Assembly: GCF_035084215.1 (NCBI RefSeq)
Contig: NC_090363.1
Location: 1,488,001-1,552,000, forward strand
DNA length: 64,000 bases
Reading direction: 5' to 3'
Source of the DNA: Heptranchias perlo
Taxonomy: Eukaryota
Shown: positions 1 to 13,546 of the stretch, one piece after another
Layout: each line of letters opens with the position of its first letter
Numbering within the stretch: the stretch's first letter is position 1
Made by a program: the position numbers and the translations under genes
The notes under the pieces: model-generated
Database searches by the model: none
Told to the model about the DNA's origin: nothing
Seen by the model: only the letters and a program-made list of their open reading frames with translations

Positions 1-193
1 CTGGGCACAGGCCGCGCACTCAGTCCGGCGCCTTTAATCCTGCTCAGTATGGGCCAGTTCCGCACTACTTAGGAGCATTTGTAACCGAGCCATAGAGGAG
101 CAGAAAGAAAATCAACAATGGGTAGCTCTGAAGTACAACGCAGACAGGAAGTAATCAAACCAGGAACGCCCCCGACAATGTCAGAATAATGAG

Positions 194-330
194 TAGCGCC
201 CGGCCCGGCCCGCGCACCGCGACTAGCGCCCGGCCCGCGCACCGCGACTAGCGCCCGACCCGGCCCGCGACTAGCGCCCGACCCGGCCCGCGACTAGCGC
301 CCGACCCGGCCCGCGACTAGCGCCCGACCC
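194..330. repeat. GC-rich ~23-bp tandem repeat (GACTAGCGCCCGACCCGGCCCGC) in RPL7A-like intron 3
   Basis: About 5 imperfect copies are visible directly. Confidence 0.8.
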
Positions 331-1072
331 GGGAATCCCGATTGGTGTACAATGATCTCAATGTAACCCGCAGACAACAGGTAACATTACCACTGGTCAG
401 AATGCCGACGGCTGTTCCTCTCCTAAACCTGTGCCACTCGCTTCGACCCTAAATGATTACCAGCAGTCAATGCTTGCCATAGGGTTTCACCCTCTCCCCC
501 CTTTCCATTGCAGATTGTACTATTTGCCCCGCAGAGTGAGCTGGTTGCTCTGTGATTTACCTCCCCCCCCACCCCACTTACCAATTCAAAAACAGCAGCC
601 ACATAATGACCCCCAATTACTGATACCTGTACCCAACCTCTCCCCTTCAATTCAGAAACAACCAACTGGGCTGTCTCCAGGTGGCTCGATGCGCCAGGAA
701 ATCAGACACAGTAATAGCAGTGGTACACAGTCGTTTAAATAACAGGAGTGAGTATCGACACTACTCTGTCAGCTAATGAGTTGGAGGATGGGCAGGACTT
801 ACAGCTAACAGAGTCTCTACGAACGACAGCAAACAGAACTCATGACCGAAAATACGGCAGAGACTCCCGATAAAAGCAGGATAATTTCTCCAGCAAAATG
901 CAGCAAGTGGAGGATAGTTACATAATACAGATTACATGCGTAAAATCAATCCCAGTCACTTGCAGCAGTGCATTCTCCGGGTGTCACTGACGGGGGAATT
1001 ACCCAATCATCTCCACTCTGGCCGGGAATAGTGGGGTCACTATAAGCAGCCTTTAAACAATCTCAGTACTCA

Positions 1073-2030
<958 letters not shown>

Positions 2031-2112
2031 AGGTGTAAAGTTCACAGAACCGTACACCTATGTAACAGGCAATGAAATCCAGCCATAATTTATAAATACA
2101 TCAATGACACAC

Positions 2113-2375
2113 TGCGCTCCTCCAATTCCGGCCTCTTGCGTATCTCCGATTTTAACTGCTGCACCATTGGCGGCCGTGCCTTCAGCTGCTCTGGAATTCC
2201 CTCCCTAAACCTCTCCCTCCCCCTTTAAGACGCTCCTTAAAACCCACCTCTTGGACCAAGCTTTCGGTCACCTGTCCGAATATCTCACGCGGCTCAATGT
2301 CAAATTTTGACGCGTTACGCTCCTGTGAAGTGACTTGGGACGTTTTACTACGTTAAAGGCGCTATATAAATGCAC
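2113..2375 (+). mobile_element. L2-like LINE 3' end
   Basis: IGGRAFS/LWNSLP-type coding remnant and tail GGGACGTTTTACTACGTTAAAGGCGCTATATAAATGCA, shared with copies at 22975, 37660 and 53905. Confidence 0.8.
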
Positions 2376-2444
2376 GTGGTGGTAGCGGCTGCTGGTCTGT
2401 GTAACAGAACCTACCTGTGCCAACACTCTGCCAGTGTTACTCAC

Positions 2445-2568
2445 CAATGCCGAAGTTCTTGGGCCTTTTCTCGAAGAGCGGGTTGACTGTCTTTTTCTGC
2501 TCCTGTTTCCGGTGGAGGACGGAAGGGGCAGGGGCCACCTTCTTTCCCTTGCCTTTCTTCCCCTTTGG
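2445..2568 (-). CDS. RPL7A: RPL7A-like (eL8) exon 2
   Basis: 124-nt exon, polypyrimidine tract plus ttcag| and |gtgagt. Encodes [41 protein letters not shown](G), the RPL7A N-terminus. Confidence 0.95.
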
Positions 2569-2769
2569 CTGAAGAGAAACAAAAAAAAAACCATCAGCTC
2601 TGGATATTAAAAGGGCCGAGCAGCCTCTTCGCGGGGGGCCGCGGTGACGCAGGGCGGGCAGTACGGCATTATACGGCCAGCCTCTCGACACTCCCCGGGC
2701 CAGGCGACGCGGGGCTCGAATTCCGGTGCCGAATTACAGTACGACGGCTGAGGCGATAAACTGAGCGGC

Positions 2770-3240
2770 CAGGCGGGCGCGCAAAACAAAAACCCACGCG
2801 GGCGGGCGGGCGCGCAAAACAAAAACCCACGCGGGCGGGCGGGCGCGCAAAACAAAAACCCACGCGGGCGGGCGCGCAAAACAAAAAAACCCACGCGGGC
2901 GGGCGCGCAAAAAAAACCCCACGCGGGCGGTCGCGCAAAAAAAAAACCCACGCGGGCGGTCGCGCAAAAACAACCCACGCGGGCGGGCGCGCAAAACAAA
3001 AACCCACGCGGGCGGTCGCGCTAAAACAACCCACGCGGGCGGGCGCGCAAAAACAACCCACGCGGGCGGGCGCGCAAAAACAACCCACGCGGGCGGGCGC
3101 GCAAAAACAACCCACGCGGGCGGGCGCGCAAAAACAACCCACGCGGGCGGGCGCGCAAAACAAAAACCCACGCGGGTGGGCGCGCAAAAACAACCCACGC
3201 GGGCGGGCGCGCAAAAAAAAAACCCACGCGGGCGGGCGCA
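2770..3240. repeat. CpG-rich minisatellite (~27-33 bp; CCCACGCGGGCGGGCGCGCAAAAACAA) in RPL7A-like intron 1
   Basis: About 16 copies with variable A-tract length. Confidence 0.9.
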
Positions 3241-3499
3241 CAAATTTACCACTGTAGCTGAGATCTCAGGCATCGACTCAATGCTCCGTCCCTGGGGGTC
3301 CCCCCCCCACCACATCCCCTCCTATTTCCCCCCCACGCCCCCCACATCCCCCCCGCCATCCAAGACCCGACCGGACAAACTCAAAACTACAACAGGAGGC
3401 CCCGAGTGTGAACACAAGGCCCCGCCTCAGAAACCCCGATTTTTTTTTTAAAAAAAAACCCCCTCGGGCATCTCCCCGATAATAATACCGCAAATCAAT

Positions 3500-3700
3500 C
3501 CGCTAACGTCCCATCGATGCGGCGGGCGGGTGTGCGGGGGTCCGGGGGCCGGGATGGCCGAGATTGAGAGCGGATTAGCGGCAGGCCCCGGGCCCGGGCC
3601 CCTCACACCCACCATTGTCGGCACCAGCGAGATCCCGCGGGGCCAACGATCGCGAGATCGGGGCTGGGGCGGGGGCGGGAATATTTGAATCACTGGGACT
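3500..3700 (-). promoter_or_regulatory. CpG-island promoter of the RPL7A-like gene
   Basis: High CpG density, GC boxes at ~3666-3680, and GATCGCGAGA at ~3648-3657 (9/10 match to the TMTCGCGAGA BANP-type motif). Confidence 0.6.
3613..3615 (-). CDS. RPL7A: RPL7A-like exon 1 coding part (ATG only)
   Basis: gccgacaATG|gtgggt has A at -3 and a GT donor, lies in a CpG island, and is phase 0 onto exon 2. RPL7A genes have an ATG-only first coding exon. Confidence 0.7.
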
Positions 3701-4297
3701 CTGGGCTCTGGGAATCTCCACTGGATCCAGTTTGTTCAAACTCTGCACAACTCCCTCCAATTACTGGGCATGCAGCTGGCTGCAGGGAGTCCCCCCCCCC
3801 CACTCCCCCTTACACGATGCATAATCCGAATTAAAGATCTTAACTACTTTAAAAGAGGCTTCTCACGTTGCAAAAGATTAAGAGGAGCAAGCCTGAGGAT
3901 TGGAAACCAGCAAAGGAGGACCCGGAAAATTGATAAAATAGAATATGAGCAAGAAATATAAAACCACATTGTGAGAGCTTCTGCAAATATGTAAAAAGGA
4001 AGAGAGTCGCGAAAGTAAACGTGGGTCCCTTGGAGGCTGAGACAGGAGAATTTATAATGGGGAATCGGGAAATGGCAGAGATGTTCACAGTAGAAGATAC
4101 AGAAAGCACACCAGAAATATGGCCAGAGGAGGGGGGGTGCGAGAGGTTGGGCTGGGGGGAGGGAGACTGGGCCCGGGGGGGGGGGGGAGGCTGGGCCCGG
4201 GGGGGGGGAGGCTGGGCTGGGGGGGAGGGAGACGGAGGGGGGAGACTGGGACGGGGGTAGGGATTGACCATGAACTGGCTACGGCTCGGGAGCGAGC

Positions 4298-4596
4298 GCA
4301 CTGCAGCAACTCACCAAGGTCACTTCCACAGTTCCTCCGGCCTCGACCACTGAGAAGGACATGGGCAGAGATGTGGTGGGAGCACCATCACCTCCGAGTC
4401 ACGCACCATCCGGACCTGGACATCTATCGTCGCTGGGTGAAAATCCTGGAACTCCCTACCTGACAGCACCGTGGGAGAACCTTCACCACACGGACTGCAG
4501 CGGTTCAAGAAGGCGGGCTCACCACCACCTTCTCGAGGGACGGGCGGTAAATGCCGGCCTTGCCAACGACGCCCACTTCCCGAGAATGAATGAAAA
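4298..4596 (+). mobile_element. LINE 3' end, young 'HHHLLKGN' family (CR1/L2 group)
   Basis: Matches the 3' end of the longer copy at 27085-28198. Confidence 0.8.
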
Positions 4597-5137
4597 AGGA
4601 AGATTTCTTTCACCTCATCTCCACCTGTGCTCCTCGTTCTCCCTCAACCCCACTGAAACTCTCAATTCACCACCTTCCACTCTTCACAAACCCCAGACTA
4701 TTCAGGACTCTGTGATCCATCTCCCACTAAAACTTCCCCTCACCTTCATAACTCTGTCCTTACCAAACTCCACTGGCTCCCCCCACGCCCCATGAATCGA
4801 CAGTCGGACCTTCCTCGTGTGTTTTCCAATCCCTGCATCACCTTGCCTGAGTCTAACTCAGTGACCTCCAGTCCTTTATCCTCCAATTACTCCCCTGGAA
4901 CTGGAATCCTGCTCTATTTCCCACTCTCCAATTCACTCGCAGAACCTCTGAGTCTTCCCGCCTCCCTCCCTGCCTTTAAAAAAACGCCTGAAGCCCTGAT
5001 CTTCGACCCGTCAACTTGCTTCAAATTCCTTTCCTTCACTCACTCCTCATTGAACATTGGTGTTTTTTGTTGCCTTGTCAATCACTCTGAGGTGTTTACT
5101 TGATGTGAAGAGGAGGAAATGCTGAAATTTAAGCTGT

Positions 5138-6535
5138 ATCATAGAATCATAGAGCACAGGAGGAGGTCACTCGGCCCATCATGCCTGTGCCGGCTCTTTG
5201 AAAGAGCTATCCAATTAGTCCCACTCCCCCGCTCTCTCCCCATAGCCCTGTCAATTTTTCCCTTTAAGTATTTATCCAATTCCCTTTTGAAAGTTACTAT
5301 TGAATCTGCTCCCACCATAAGGCCATAAGACATAGGAGCAGGAGTAGGCCATTCGGCCCCTCGAGCCTGCTCCGCCATTTAATGAGATCATGGCTGTTCT
5401 GATTTTTACCTCAACTCCACTTTCCCGCCCTTTCCCCATATCCTTTGACTCCCTTGCTGATCAAAAATTTGTCTAACTCAGCCTTGAATGTATTCAATGA
5501 CTCAGCCTCCACAGCTTTTTGGGGTAAAGAATTCCAAAGATTCACGACCCTCTGGGAGAAGAAATTCCTCCTCATTTCCATCTTAAACGGGCGACCCCTT
5601 ATTCTGAGACTATGCCCCCTGGTTTTAGATTCCCCCAAGAGGGGTAACATCCTCTCAGCATCTACCCTATCGAGTCCCCTCAGAATCTTATATGTTTCAA
5701 TAACATCTCCTCTCATTCTTCTAAACTCCAATGAGTATAGACTCAACCCGTTCAATCTTTCCTCATAAGACAACCCTTCCATACCCGGAATCAACCTAGT
5801 GAACCTTCTCTGAACTGCCTCCAATGCAAGTATGTCCTTCCTTAAATAAGGGCACCAGAACTGTACACAGTACTCCAGGTGTGGTCTCACCAACACCCGG
5901 TACAGTTGTAGCATGACTTCTCTGCTTTTATACTCCATCATCCTAGAAATAAAGGCCAATATTCCGTTTGCCTTCCAGATTACCTGCTGTACCTGTATGT
6001 TGACTTTTTGTGTTTCATGTACGAGGACACCCAGATCCCTCTGTACCGCAGCATTTTGTAGTATTTCTCCATTCAAATAATATTTTGCTTTTTTATTTTT
6101 CCTCCCAAAGTGGATGACTTCACATTTTCCCACATTATATTCCATCTGCCAAATTTTTGCCCATTTGCTTGACCTGTCAATATCCCTTTGCAGACACTTT
6201 GTGTCCTCATTGCAACTTGCTTTTCCACCTATCTTTGTATCATCAGCAAATTTGGCCACAAGACACTCTGTTCCTTCATCCAAGTCATTGATATATATTG
6301 TAAATAGTTGAGGCCCCAGCACTGAGCCCTGCGGCACCCCACTAGTTACAGATTGCCATTTTGAAAATGACTCTTTTATCCTGACTCTTTGTTTTCTGTT
6401 AGTTAGCCAATCCTCGATCCATGCCAGTATATTACCCCCAACACCATGAGCTCTTATCTTGTGCAGTAATCTTTTATGTGGCACCTTATCAAATGTCTTT
6501 TGGAAATCCAAATATACTGCATCCATTGGTTCCCC
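5138..6535 (-). mobile_element. CR1-type LINE, 5'-truncated, with open ORF2 C-terminus (5411-6526) and an adjacent CR1 tail
   Basis: RT motifs [37 protein letters not shown] and WNSLP; the 3' UTR follows. Confidence 0.92.
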
Positions 6536-6536
6536 T

Positions 6537-6820
6537 TCGGAAAGGAGGAAGCCTCCGAAAGCTTGTGAATTTAAAATAAAATTGCTGGACTATAACTTGG
6601 TGTTGTAAAATTGTTTACAATTGTCAACCCCAGTCCATCACTGGCATCTCCACATTATAAAGGTTCAGTATAACTTCCTTGTTTTTGCACTCTATGCCTC
6701 TGTTTAAAAATGCCGGTGATGGACTGGGGTGGACAAATGTAAAGAATTTTACACCACCAGATTATAGTCCAAGTTTCAAATAAAATTGTTGGACTATAAC
6801 CTGGTGTAAGATTCTTTACC
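6537..6820. mobile_element. Penelope-like terminal fragments
   Basis: Contains GCCTCCGAAAGCTTGTGA...GGACTATAACTTGGTGTTGTAA, shared with 7418-7505 and 50669-50763. Local inverted copy at ~6737-6820. Confidence 0.6.
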
Positions 6821-7254
6821 TATGTTTATAAAGCCAGGGTGGGGTCGTAAACGCCTTTTTTTCAAACAGCCTTCTCAAATTGCTGTGCTAAGGCTTGTCT
6901 GTAATGCTCAGCAGATTGGAATCTGACCCTCAGAGAGTAGAACTGCTCGGTCAGGTTATTCCAGTGACATGTGTCCCCGCAGGTTGCGGTAATTGGAGCT
7001 GCAGTGAGCTGACAGGCGGCTCTCTCACTGGAGTCTGGATATCACTGCCTCCCCCACGACCAGGTAAGCGAAACAACTGCGATTTTCCTGCCTCCCCGTT
7101 CTCCTTGATTATCATTTTTGCCGTTTCCTCCATCGATTCTCCTCTCCTTATTTTCTCTGCTCCCGTTTCTCTCTCGCGGCTCTCTGATGGCTGCAAACCG
7201 GATGGGAATACAGTGCCCAGATCAGATGGGTTTCACTTCTCAATTAAAGGAGAG

Positions 7255-7417
7255 AACTTTCATTTCTACAGCACCTTTCACCACCTCAGCATGTCCCCAG
7301 GTGTTTCACAGCCAATGAAGTACTTTTTGTAGTGTTGTCAGTGTTGTAATGCAGGCAACCTGGCAGCCAATTTGCGCACAGCAAGATCCCACAAACAGCA
7401 ATGAGGTAAATGACCAG
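7255..7417 (-). mobile_element. Deu-domain-type SINE 3' part, interrupted by a Penelope insertion
   Basis: GCAGCCAATTTGCGCACAGCAAGATCCCACAAACAGCAATG core is shared with the other SINE copies. Confidence 0.75.
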
Positions 7418-8046
7418 TGTAAGGAATCTTACAACACCAGGTTATAGTCCAACTGTTTTATTTGAAAATCACAAGCTTTCGGAGGCTTTCTCCTTCGTCA
7501 GGTGAGTGTGGGATTCCTTGAATGTTACCGTATTTATAGTCAGAGAACAATACCTGGTGATTACAGATAATCTTTCCAACTGCCCGTTGCCAAGGCAATC
7601 AAAGTGTTCAGACAGAGTGATGTTACCTACAGGACCACCGAATACACAAACGGCCAGAACAAAAGGCAGAGAGAGAGAGGGAGAAACATCCAAAAGGAAG
7701 AGAAAGACAGAGAATGACCCGTTGTATTAAAAACAGATAACTTTTTTTCGCTGGTGGGGTTATGTGTAGTGTGACATGAACCCAAGATCCCAATTGAGGC
7801 TGTCCTCATGGGTGCGGAACTTGGCTATCAATTTCTGCTTGACGATTTTGCGTTGTTGTGTGTCTCGAAGGCCGCCTTGGAGAACGCTGACCCGAAGATT
7901 GGTGGCTGAATGTCCTTGACTACTAAAATGTTCCCCGACGGGCCACAGTGAAAAATCGCATAGACCTCCTCAGAAGACAAACATGGGACGCAACCAACAG
8001 AGTACCCTTCGTCGTCCAGTAACCTGGTGTTGTAAGATTCCTTACA
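7418..8046 (-). mobile_element. Penelope-like element fragment with inverted termini
   Basis: Perfect 27-bp inverted repeat 7418-7444 / 8020-8046. Minus strand encodes a C-terminal remnant IAKFRTHEDSLNWDLGFMSHYT*. Contains a hammerhead motif. Confidence 0.7.
7469..7505 (-). ncRNA. Minimal type-I hammerhead ribozyme motif
   Basis: tcac-CTGACGA-a-ggag(aaagc)ctcc-GAAA-gc-TT-gtga: core boxes, stem I and stem II pair, palindromic stem III (AAGCTT). Confidence 0.65.
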
Positions 8047-8052
8047 TTTAAG

Positions 8053-11000
8053 ATTATTGAAGGAGAGACTGTCTGCACAGAGTGTGAGATTATTAAAGGA
8101 GAGACTGTCTGCACAGAGTGTGGGGATTATTAAAGGAGAGACTGTCTGTACAGAGTGTGAGATTATTAAAGGGGAGACTGTCTGTACAGAGTGTGAGATT
8201 ATTAAAGGGGAGACTGTCTGTACAGAGTGTGAGATTATTAAAGGGGAGACTGTCTGTACAGAGTGTGAGATTATTAAAGGGGAGACTGTCTGTACAGAGT
8301 GTGAGATTATTAAAGGGGAGACTGTCTGTACAGAGTGTGAGATTATTAAAGGGGAGACTGTCTGTACAGAGTGTGAGATTATTAAAGGGGAGACTGTCTG
8401 TACAGAGTGTGAGATTATTAAAGGGGAGACTGTCTGTACAGAGTGTGAGATTATTAAAGGGGAGACTGTCTGTACAGAGTGTGAGATTATTAAAGGAGAG
8501 ACTGTCTGTACAGAGTGTGAGATTATTAAAGGAGAGACTGTCTGCACAGAGTGTGGGGATTATTAAAGGAGAGACTGTCTGTACAGAGTGTGAGATTATT
8601 AAAGGGGAGACTGTCTGTACAGAGTGTGAGATTATTAAAGGGGAGACTGTCTGTACAGAGTGTGAGATTATTAAAGGGGAGACTGTCTGTACAGAGTGTG
8701 GGGATTATTAAAGGAGAGACTGTCTGTACAGAGTGTGAGATTATTAAAGGGGAGACTGTCTGTACAGAGTGTGGGGATTATTAAAGGGGAGACTGTCTGT
8801 GCAGAGTGTGAGATTATTAAAGGGGAGACTGTCTGTACAGAGTGTGGGGATTATTAAAGGAGAGACTGTCTGTACAGAGTGTGAGATTATTAAAGGGGAG
8901 ACTGTCTGTACAGAGTGTGGGGATTATTAAAGGGGAGACTGTCTGTGCAGAGTGTGAGATTATTAAAGAGGAGACTGTCTGTACAGAGTGTGAGATTATT
9001 AAAGGGGAGACTGTCTGTACAGAGTGTGAGATTATTAAAGGGGAGACTGTCTGTACAGAGTGTGGGGATTATTAAAGGAGAGACTGTCTGTACAGAGTGT
9101 GAGATTATTAAAGGGGAGACTGTCTGTACAGAGTGTGAGATTATTAAAGGGGAGACTGTCTGTACAGAGTGTGGGGATTATTAAAGGAGAGACTGTCTGT
9201 ACAGAGTGTGAGATTATTAAAGGGGAGACTGTCTGTACAGAGTGTGAGATTATTAAAGGGGAGACTGTCTGTACAGAGTGTGAGATTATTAAAGGGGAGA
9301 CTGTCTGTACAGAGTGTGGGGATTATTAAAGGAGAGACTGTCTGTACAGAGTGTGAGATTATTAAAGGGGAGACTGTCTGTACAGAGTGTGAGATTATTA
9401 AAGGGGAGACTGTCTGTACAGAGTGTGAGATTATTAAAGGGGAGACTGTCTGTACAGAGTGTGAGATTATTAAAGGAGAGACTGTCTGTACAGAGTGTGA
9501 GATTATTAAAGGAGAGACTGTCTGTACAGAGTGTGAGATTATTAAAGGAGAGACTGTCTGTACAGAGTGTGGGGATTATTAAAGGAGAGACTGTCTGTAC
9601 AGAGTGTGAGATTATTAAAGGGGAGACTGTCTGTACAGAGTGTGAGATTATTAAAGGGGAGACTGTCTGTACAGAGTGTGAGATTATTAAAGGGGAGACT
9701 GTCTGTACAGAGTGTGAGATTATTAAAGGGGAGACTGTCTGTACAGAGTGTGAGATTATTAAAGGAGAGACTGTCTGTGCAGAGTGTGAGATTATTAAAG
9801 GGGAGACTGTCTGTACAGAGTGTGAGATTATTAAAGGAGAGACTGTCTGTACAGAGTGTGAGATTATTAAAGGAGAGACTGTCTGTACAGAGTGTGAGAT
9901 TATTAAAGGGGAGACTGTCTGTACAGAGTGTGAGATTATTAAAGGAGAGACTGTCTGTACAGAGTGTGAGATTATTAAAGGAGAGACTGTCTGTACAGAG
10001 TGTGGGGATTATTAAAGGGGAGACTGTCTGTACAGAGTGTGAGATTATTAAAGGGGAGACTGTCTGTGCAGAGTGTGAGATTATTAAAGGGGAGACTGTC
10101 TGTGCAGAGTGTGAGATTATTAAAGGGGAGACTGTCTGTACAGAGTGTGAGATTATTAAAGGAGAGACTGTCTGTACAGAGTGTGAGATTATTAAAGGGG
10201 AGACTGTCTGTACAGAGTGTGGGGATTATTAAAGGAGAGACTGTCTGTACAGAGTGTGAGATTATTAAAGGGGAGACTGTCTGTACAGAGTGTGGGGATT
10301 ATTAAAGGGGAGACTGTCTGTACAGAGTGTGAGATTATTAAAGGGGAGACTGTCTGTACAGAGTGTGAGATTATTAAAGGGGAGACTGTCTGTACAGAGT
10401 GTGGGGATTATTAAAGGAGAGACTGTCTGTACAGAGTGTGAGATTATTAAAGGGGAGACTGTCTGTACAGAGTGTGAGATTATTAAAGGGGAGACTGTCT
10501 GTACAGAGTGTGAGATTATTAAAGGGGAGACTGTCTGTACAGAGTGTGGGGATTATTAAAGGAGAGACTGTCTGTACAGAGTGTGAGATTATTAAAGGGG
10601 AGACTGTCTGTACAGAGTGTGAGATTATTAAAGGGGAGACTGTCTGTACAGAGTGTGGGGATTATTAAAGGAGAGACTGTCTGTACAGAGTGTGAGATTA
10701 TTAAAGGGGAGACTGTCTGTACAGAGTGTGAGATTATTAAAGGGGAGACTGTCTGTACAGAGTGTGAGATTATTAAAGGGGAGACTGTCTGTACAGAGTG
10801 TGGGGATTATTAAAGGAGAGACTGTCTGTACAGAGTGTGAGATTATTAAAGGGGAGACTGTCTGTACAGAGTGTGAGATTATTAAAGGGGAGACTGTCTG
10901 TACAGAGTGTGAGATTATTAAAGGGGAGACTGTCTGTACAGAGTGTGAGATTATTAAAGGAGAGACTGTCTGTACAGAGTGTGAGATTATTAAAGGAGAG

Positions 11001-12690
11001 ACTGTCTGTACAGAGTGTGAGATTATTAAAGGAGAGACTGTCTGTACAGAGTGTGGGGATTATTAAAGGAGAGACTGTCTGTACAGAGTGTGAGATTATT
11101 AAAGGGGAGACTGTCTGTACAGAGTGTGAGATTATTAAAGGGGAGACTGTCTGTACAGAGTGTGAGATTATTAAAGGGGAGACTGTCTGTACAGAGTGTG
11201 AGATTATTAAAGGGGAGACTGTCTGTACAGAGTGTGAGATTATTAAAGGAGAGACTGTCTGTGCAGAGTGTGAGATTATTAAAGGGGAGACTGTCTGTAC
11301 AGAGTGTGAGATTATTAAAGGAGAGACTGTCTGTACAGAGTGTGGGGATTATTAAAGGAGAGACTGTCTGTACAGAGTGTGAGATTATTAAAGGGGAGAC
11401 TGTCTGTACAGAGTGTGAGATTATTAAAGGAGAGACTGTCTGTACAGAGTGTGAGATTATTAAAGGAGAGACTGTCTGTACAGAGTGTGAGATTATTAAA
11501 GGGGAGACTGTCTGTACAGAGTGTGAGATTATTAAAGGGGAGACTGTCTGTACAGAGTGTGAGATTATTAAAGGAGAGACTGTCTGTACAGAGTGTGAGA
11601 TTATTAAAGGAGAGACTGTCTGTACAGAGTGTGAGATTATTAAAGGAGAGACTGTCTGTACAGAGTGTGAGATTATTAAAGGGGAGACTGTCTGTACAGA
11701 GTGTGAGATTATTAAAGGAGAGACTGTCTGTACAGAGTGTGAGATTATTAAAGGGGAGACTGTCTGTACAGAGTGTGAGATTATTAAAGGGGAGACTGTC
11801 TGTACAGAGTGTGAGATTATTAAAGGGGAGACTGTCTGTACAGAGTGTGAGATTATTAAAGGGGAGACTGTCTGTACAGAGTGTGAGATTATTAAAGGGG
11901 AGACTGTCTGTACAGAGTGTGGGGATTATTAAAGGAGAGACTGTCTGTACAGAGTGTGAGATTATTAAAGGAGAGACTGTCTGTACAGAGTGTGAGATTA
12001 TTAAAGGAGAGACTGTCTGTACAGAGTGTGAGATTATTAAAGGGGAGACTGTCTGTACAGAGTGTGAGATTATTAAAGGGGAGACTGTCTGTACAGAGTG
12101 TGAGATTATTAAAGGGGAGACTGTCTGTACAGAGTGTGGGGATTATTAAAGGAGAGACTGTCTGTACAGAGTGTGAGATTATTAAAGGGGAGACTGTCTG
12201 TACAGAGTGTGAGATTATTAAAGGAGAGACTGTCTGTACAGAGTGTGAGATTATTAAAGGAGAGACTGTCTGTACAGAGTGTGAGATTATTAAAGGAGAG
12301 ACTGTCTGTACAGAGTGTGAGATTATTAAAGGAGAGACTGTCTGTACAGAGTGTGAGATTATTAAAGGAGAGACTGTCTGTACAGAGTGTGAGATTATTA
12401 AAGGAGAGACTGTCTGTACAGAGTGTGAGATTATTAAAGGAGAGACTGTCTGTACAGAGTGTGAGATTATTAAAGGAGAGACTGTCTGTACAGAGTGTGA
12501 GATTATTAAAGGAGAGACTGTCTGTACAGAGTGTGGGGATTATTAAAGGGGAGACTGTCTGTACAGAGTGTGAGATTATTAAAGGGGAGACTGTCTGTAC
12601 AGAGTGTGAGATTATTAGAGGGGAGACTGTCTGTACAGAGTGTGAGATTATTAAAGGGGAGACTGTCTGTACAGAGTGTGAGATTATTAG
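8053..12690. repeat. 36/37-bp minisatellite (GATTATTAAAGGGGAGACTGTCTGTACAGAGTGTGA), ~128 copies
   Basis: Directly visible; generates the spurious CTECEIIKGETV ORFs. Confidence 0.97.
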
Positions 12691-12779
12691 AGGAGGTTTT
12701 GGGGTTTCGATTTGTTCTAATCTCACTCTCCGAGCGGAGGATGTTGTCTGCTGCATATTATGGGCTGGGAGACTGAGTC

Positions 12780-13042
12780 TGGATCGGATCTCAGTGCCTG
12801 CGGGGTTTGAATTGTCTTCCGGCAGCCGCCCTGAGCCTCGGATAAACAGGGGCCGGGATCCGACTCTCGGCCGCTGCCCACCACCGTATGGGCGGCGCGG
12901 GGATCTGCCCAGGGTCCCCCGTCTGTGGTCGGGCTTCGCTCCGCTCCGTCTCCCGGCTGCAGCTTCTCCATCGAGCGGCTGCTCCCTGTCCCGGGACAGT
13001 GCGGCCCATTGCAGCAAAAACGGATGTGCGATCGAGCGGCTG
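12780..13042 (+). promoter_or_regulatory. CpG island; probable promoter and 5' leader exon of B3GALT4
   Basis: CpG-dense island ending in the donor ctg|gtatgt (GT at 13043). A matching acceptor, tttgtttgttgtgcag|, ends at 15329, 104 nt before the B3GALT4 ATG. Confidence 0.55.
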
Positions 13043-13056
13043 GTATGTGATGGAGA

Positions 13057-13546
13057 GTCTATCTGTGTCTGTGTCTGTGTGCCTCTGTCTGTCTGTGTGT
13101 CTGTGTGTGTGTCTGTGTCTCTCTGTGTGCCTCTGTCTGTCTGTGCCTCATCTGTGTGTCTGTGTCTCTCTGTGTGCCTGTCTGTGTCTCATCTGTGTGT
13201 CTGTGTCTCTCTGTGTGCCTCTGTCTGTCTGTGCCTCATCTGTGTGTCTGTGTGTGTGTCTGTGTCTCTCTGTGTGTCTGTGTCTCTTTGTGTGCCTCTG
13301 TCTGTGTCTCATCTTTGTGTCTGTGTCTCTCTATGTGTCTGTGTGTGTGTGTGTGTCTCTCTGTGTCTCTCTGTGTGCCTCTGTCTGTCTGTGCCTCGTG
13401 TGTGTGTCTGTGTCTCTCTGTCTCTCTGTGTGTCTCTGTCTGTCTGTGCCTCATCTGTGTATCTGTGTCTCTCTGTCTGTCTCTGTGTGTCTGTGTCTCT
13501 CTGTCTCTGTGTGTGTGTGTCTGTGTCTATGTCTCTCTCTGCCTCT
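13057..13546. repeat. (TG/TC)n low-complexity tract
   Basis: Directly visible. Confidence 0.95.

Noticed and set aside
40-95. Possible RPL7A exon 4 (ELAH resembling KLAHKY)
   Set aside because: Similarity is limited to three residues, followed by a stop, with no proper acceptor.
2591-2594. ATG|GT as RPL7A-like exon 1
   Set aside because: The implied intron would be only ~23 nt and lies in the exon 2 pyrimidine tract.
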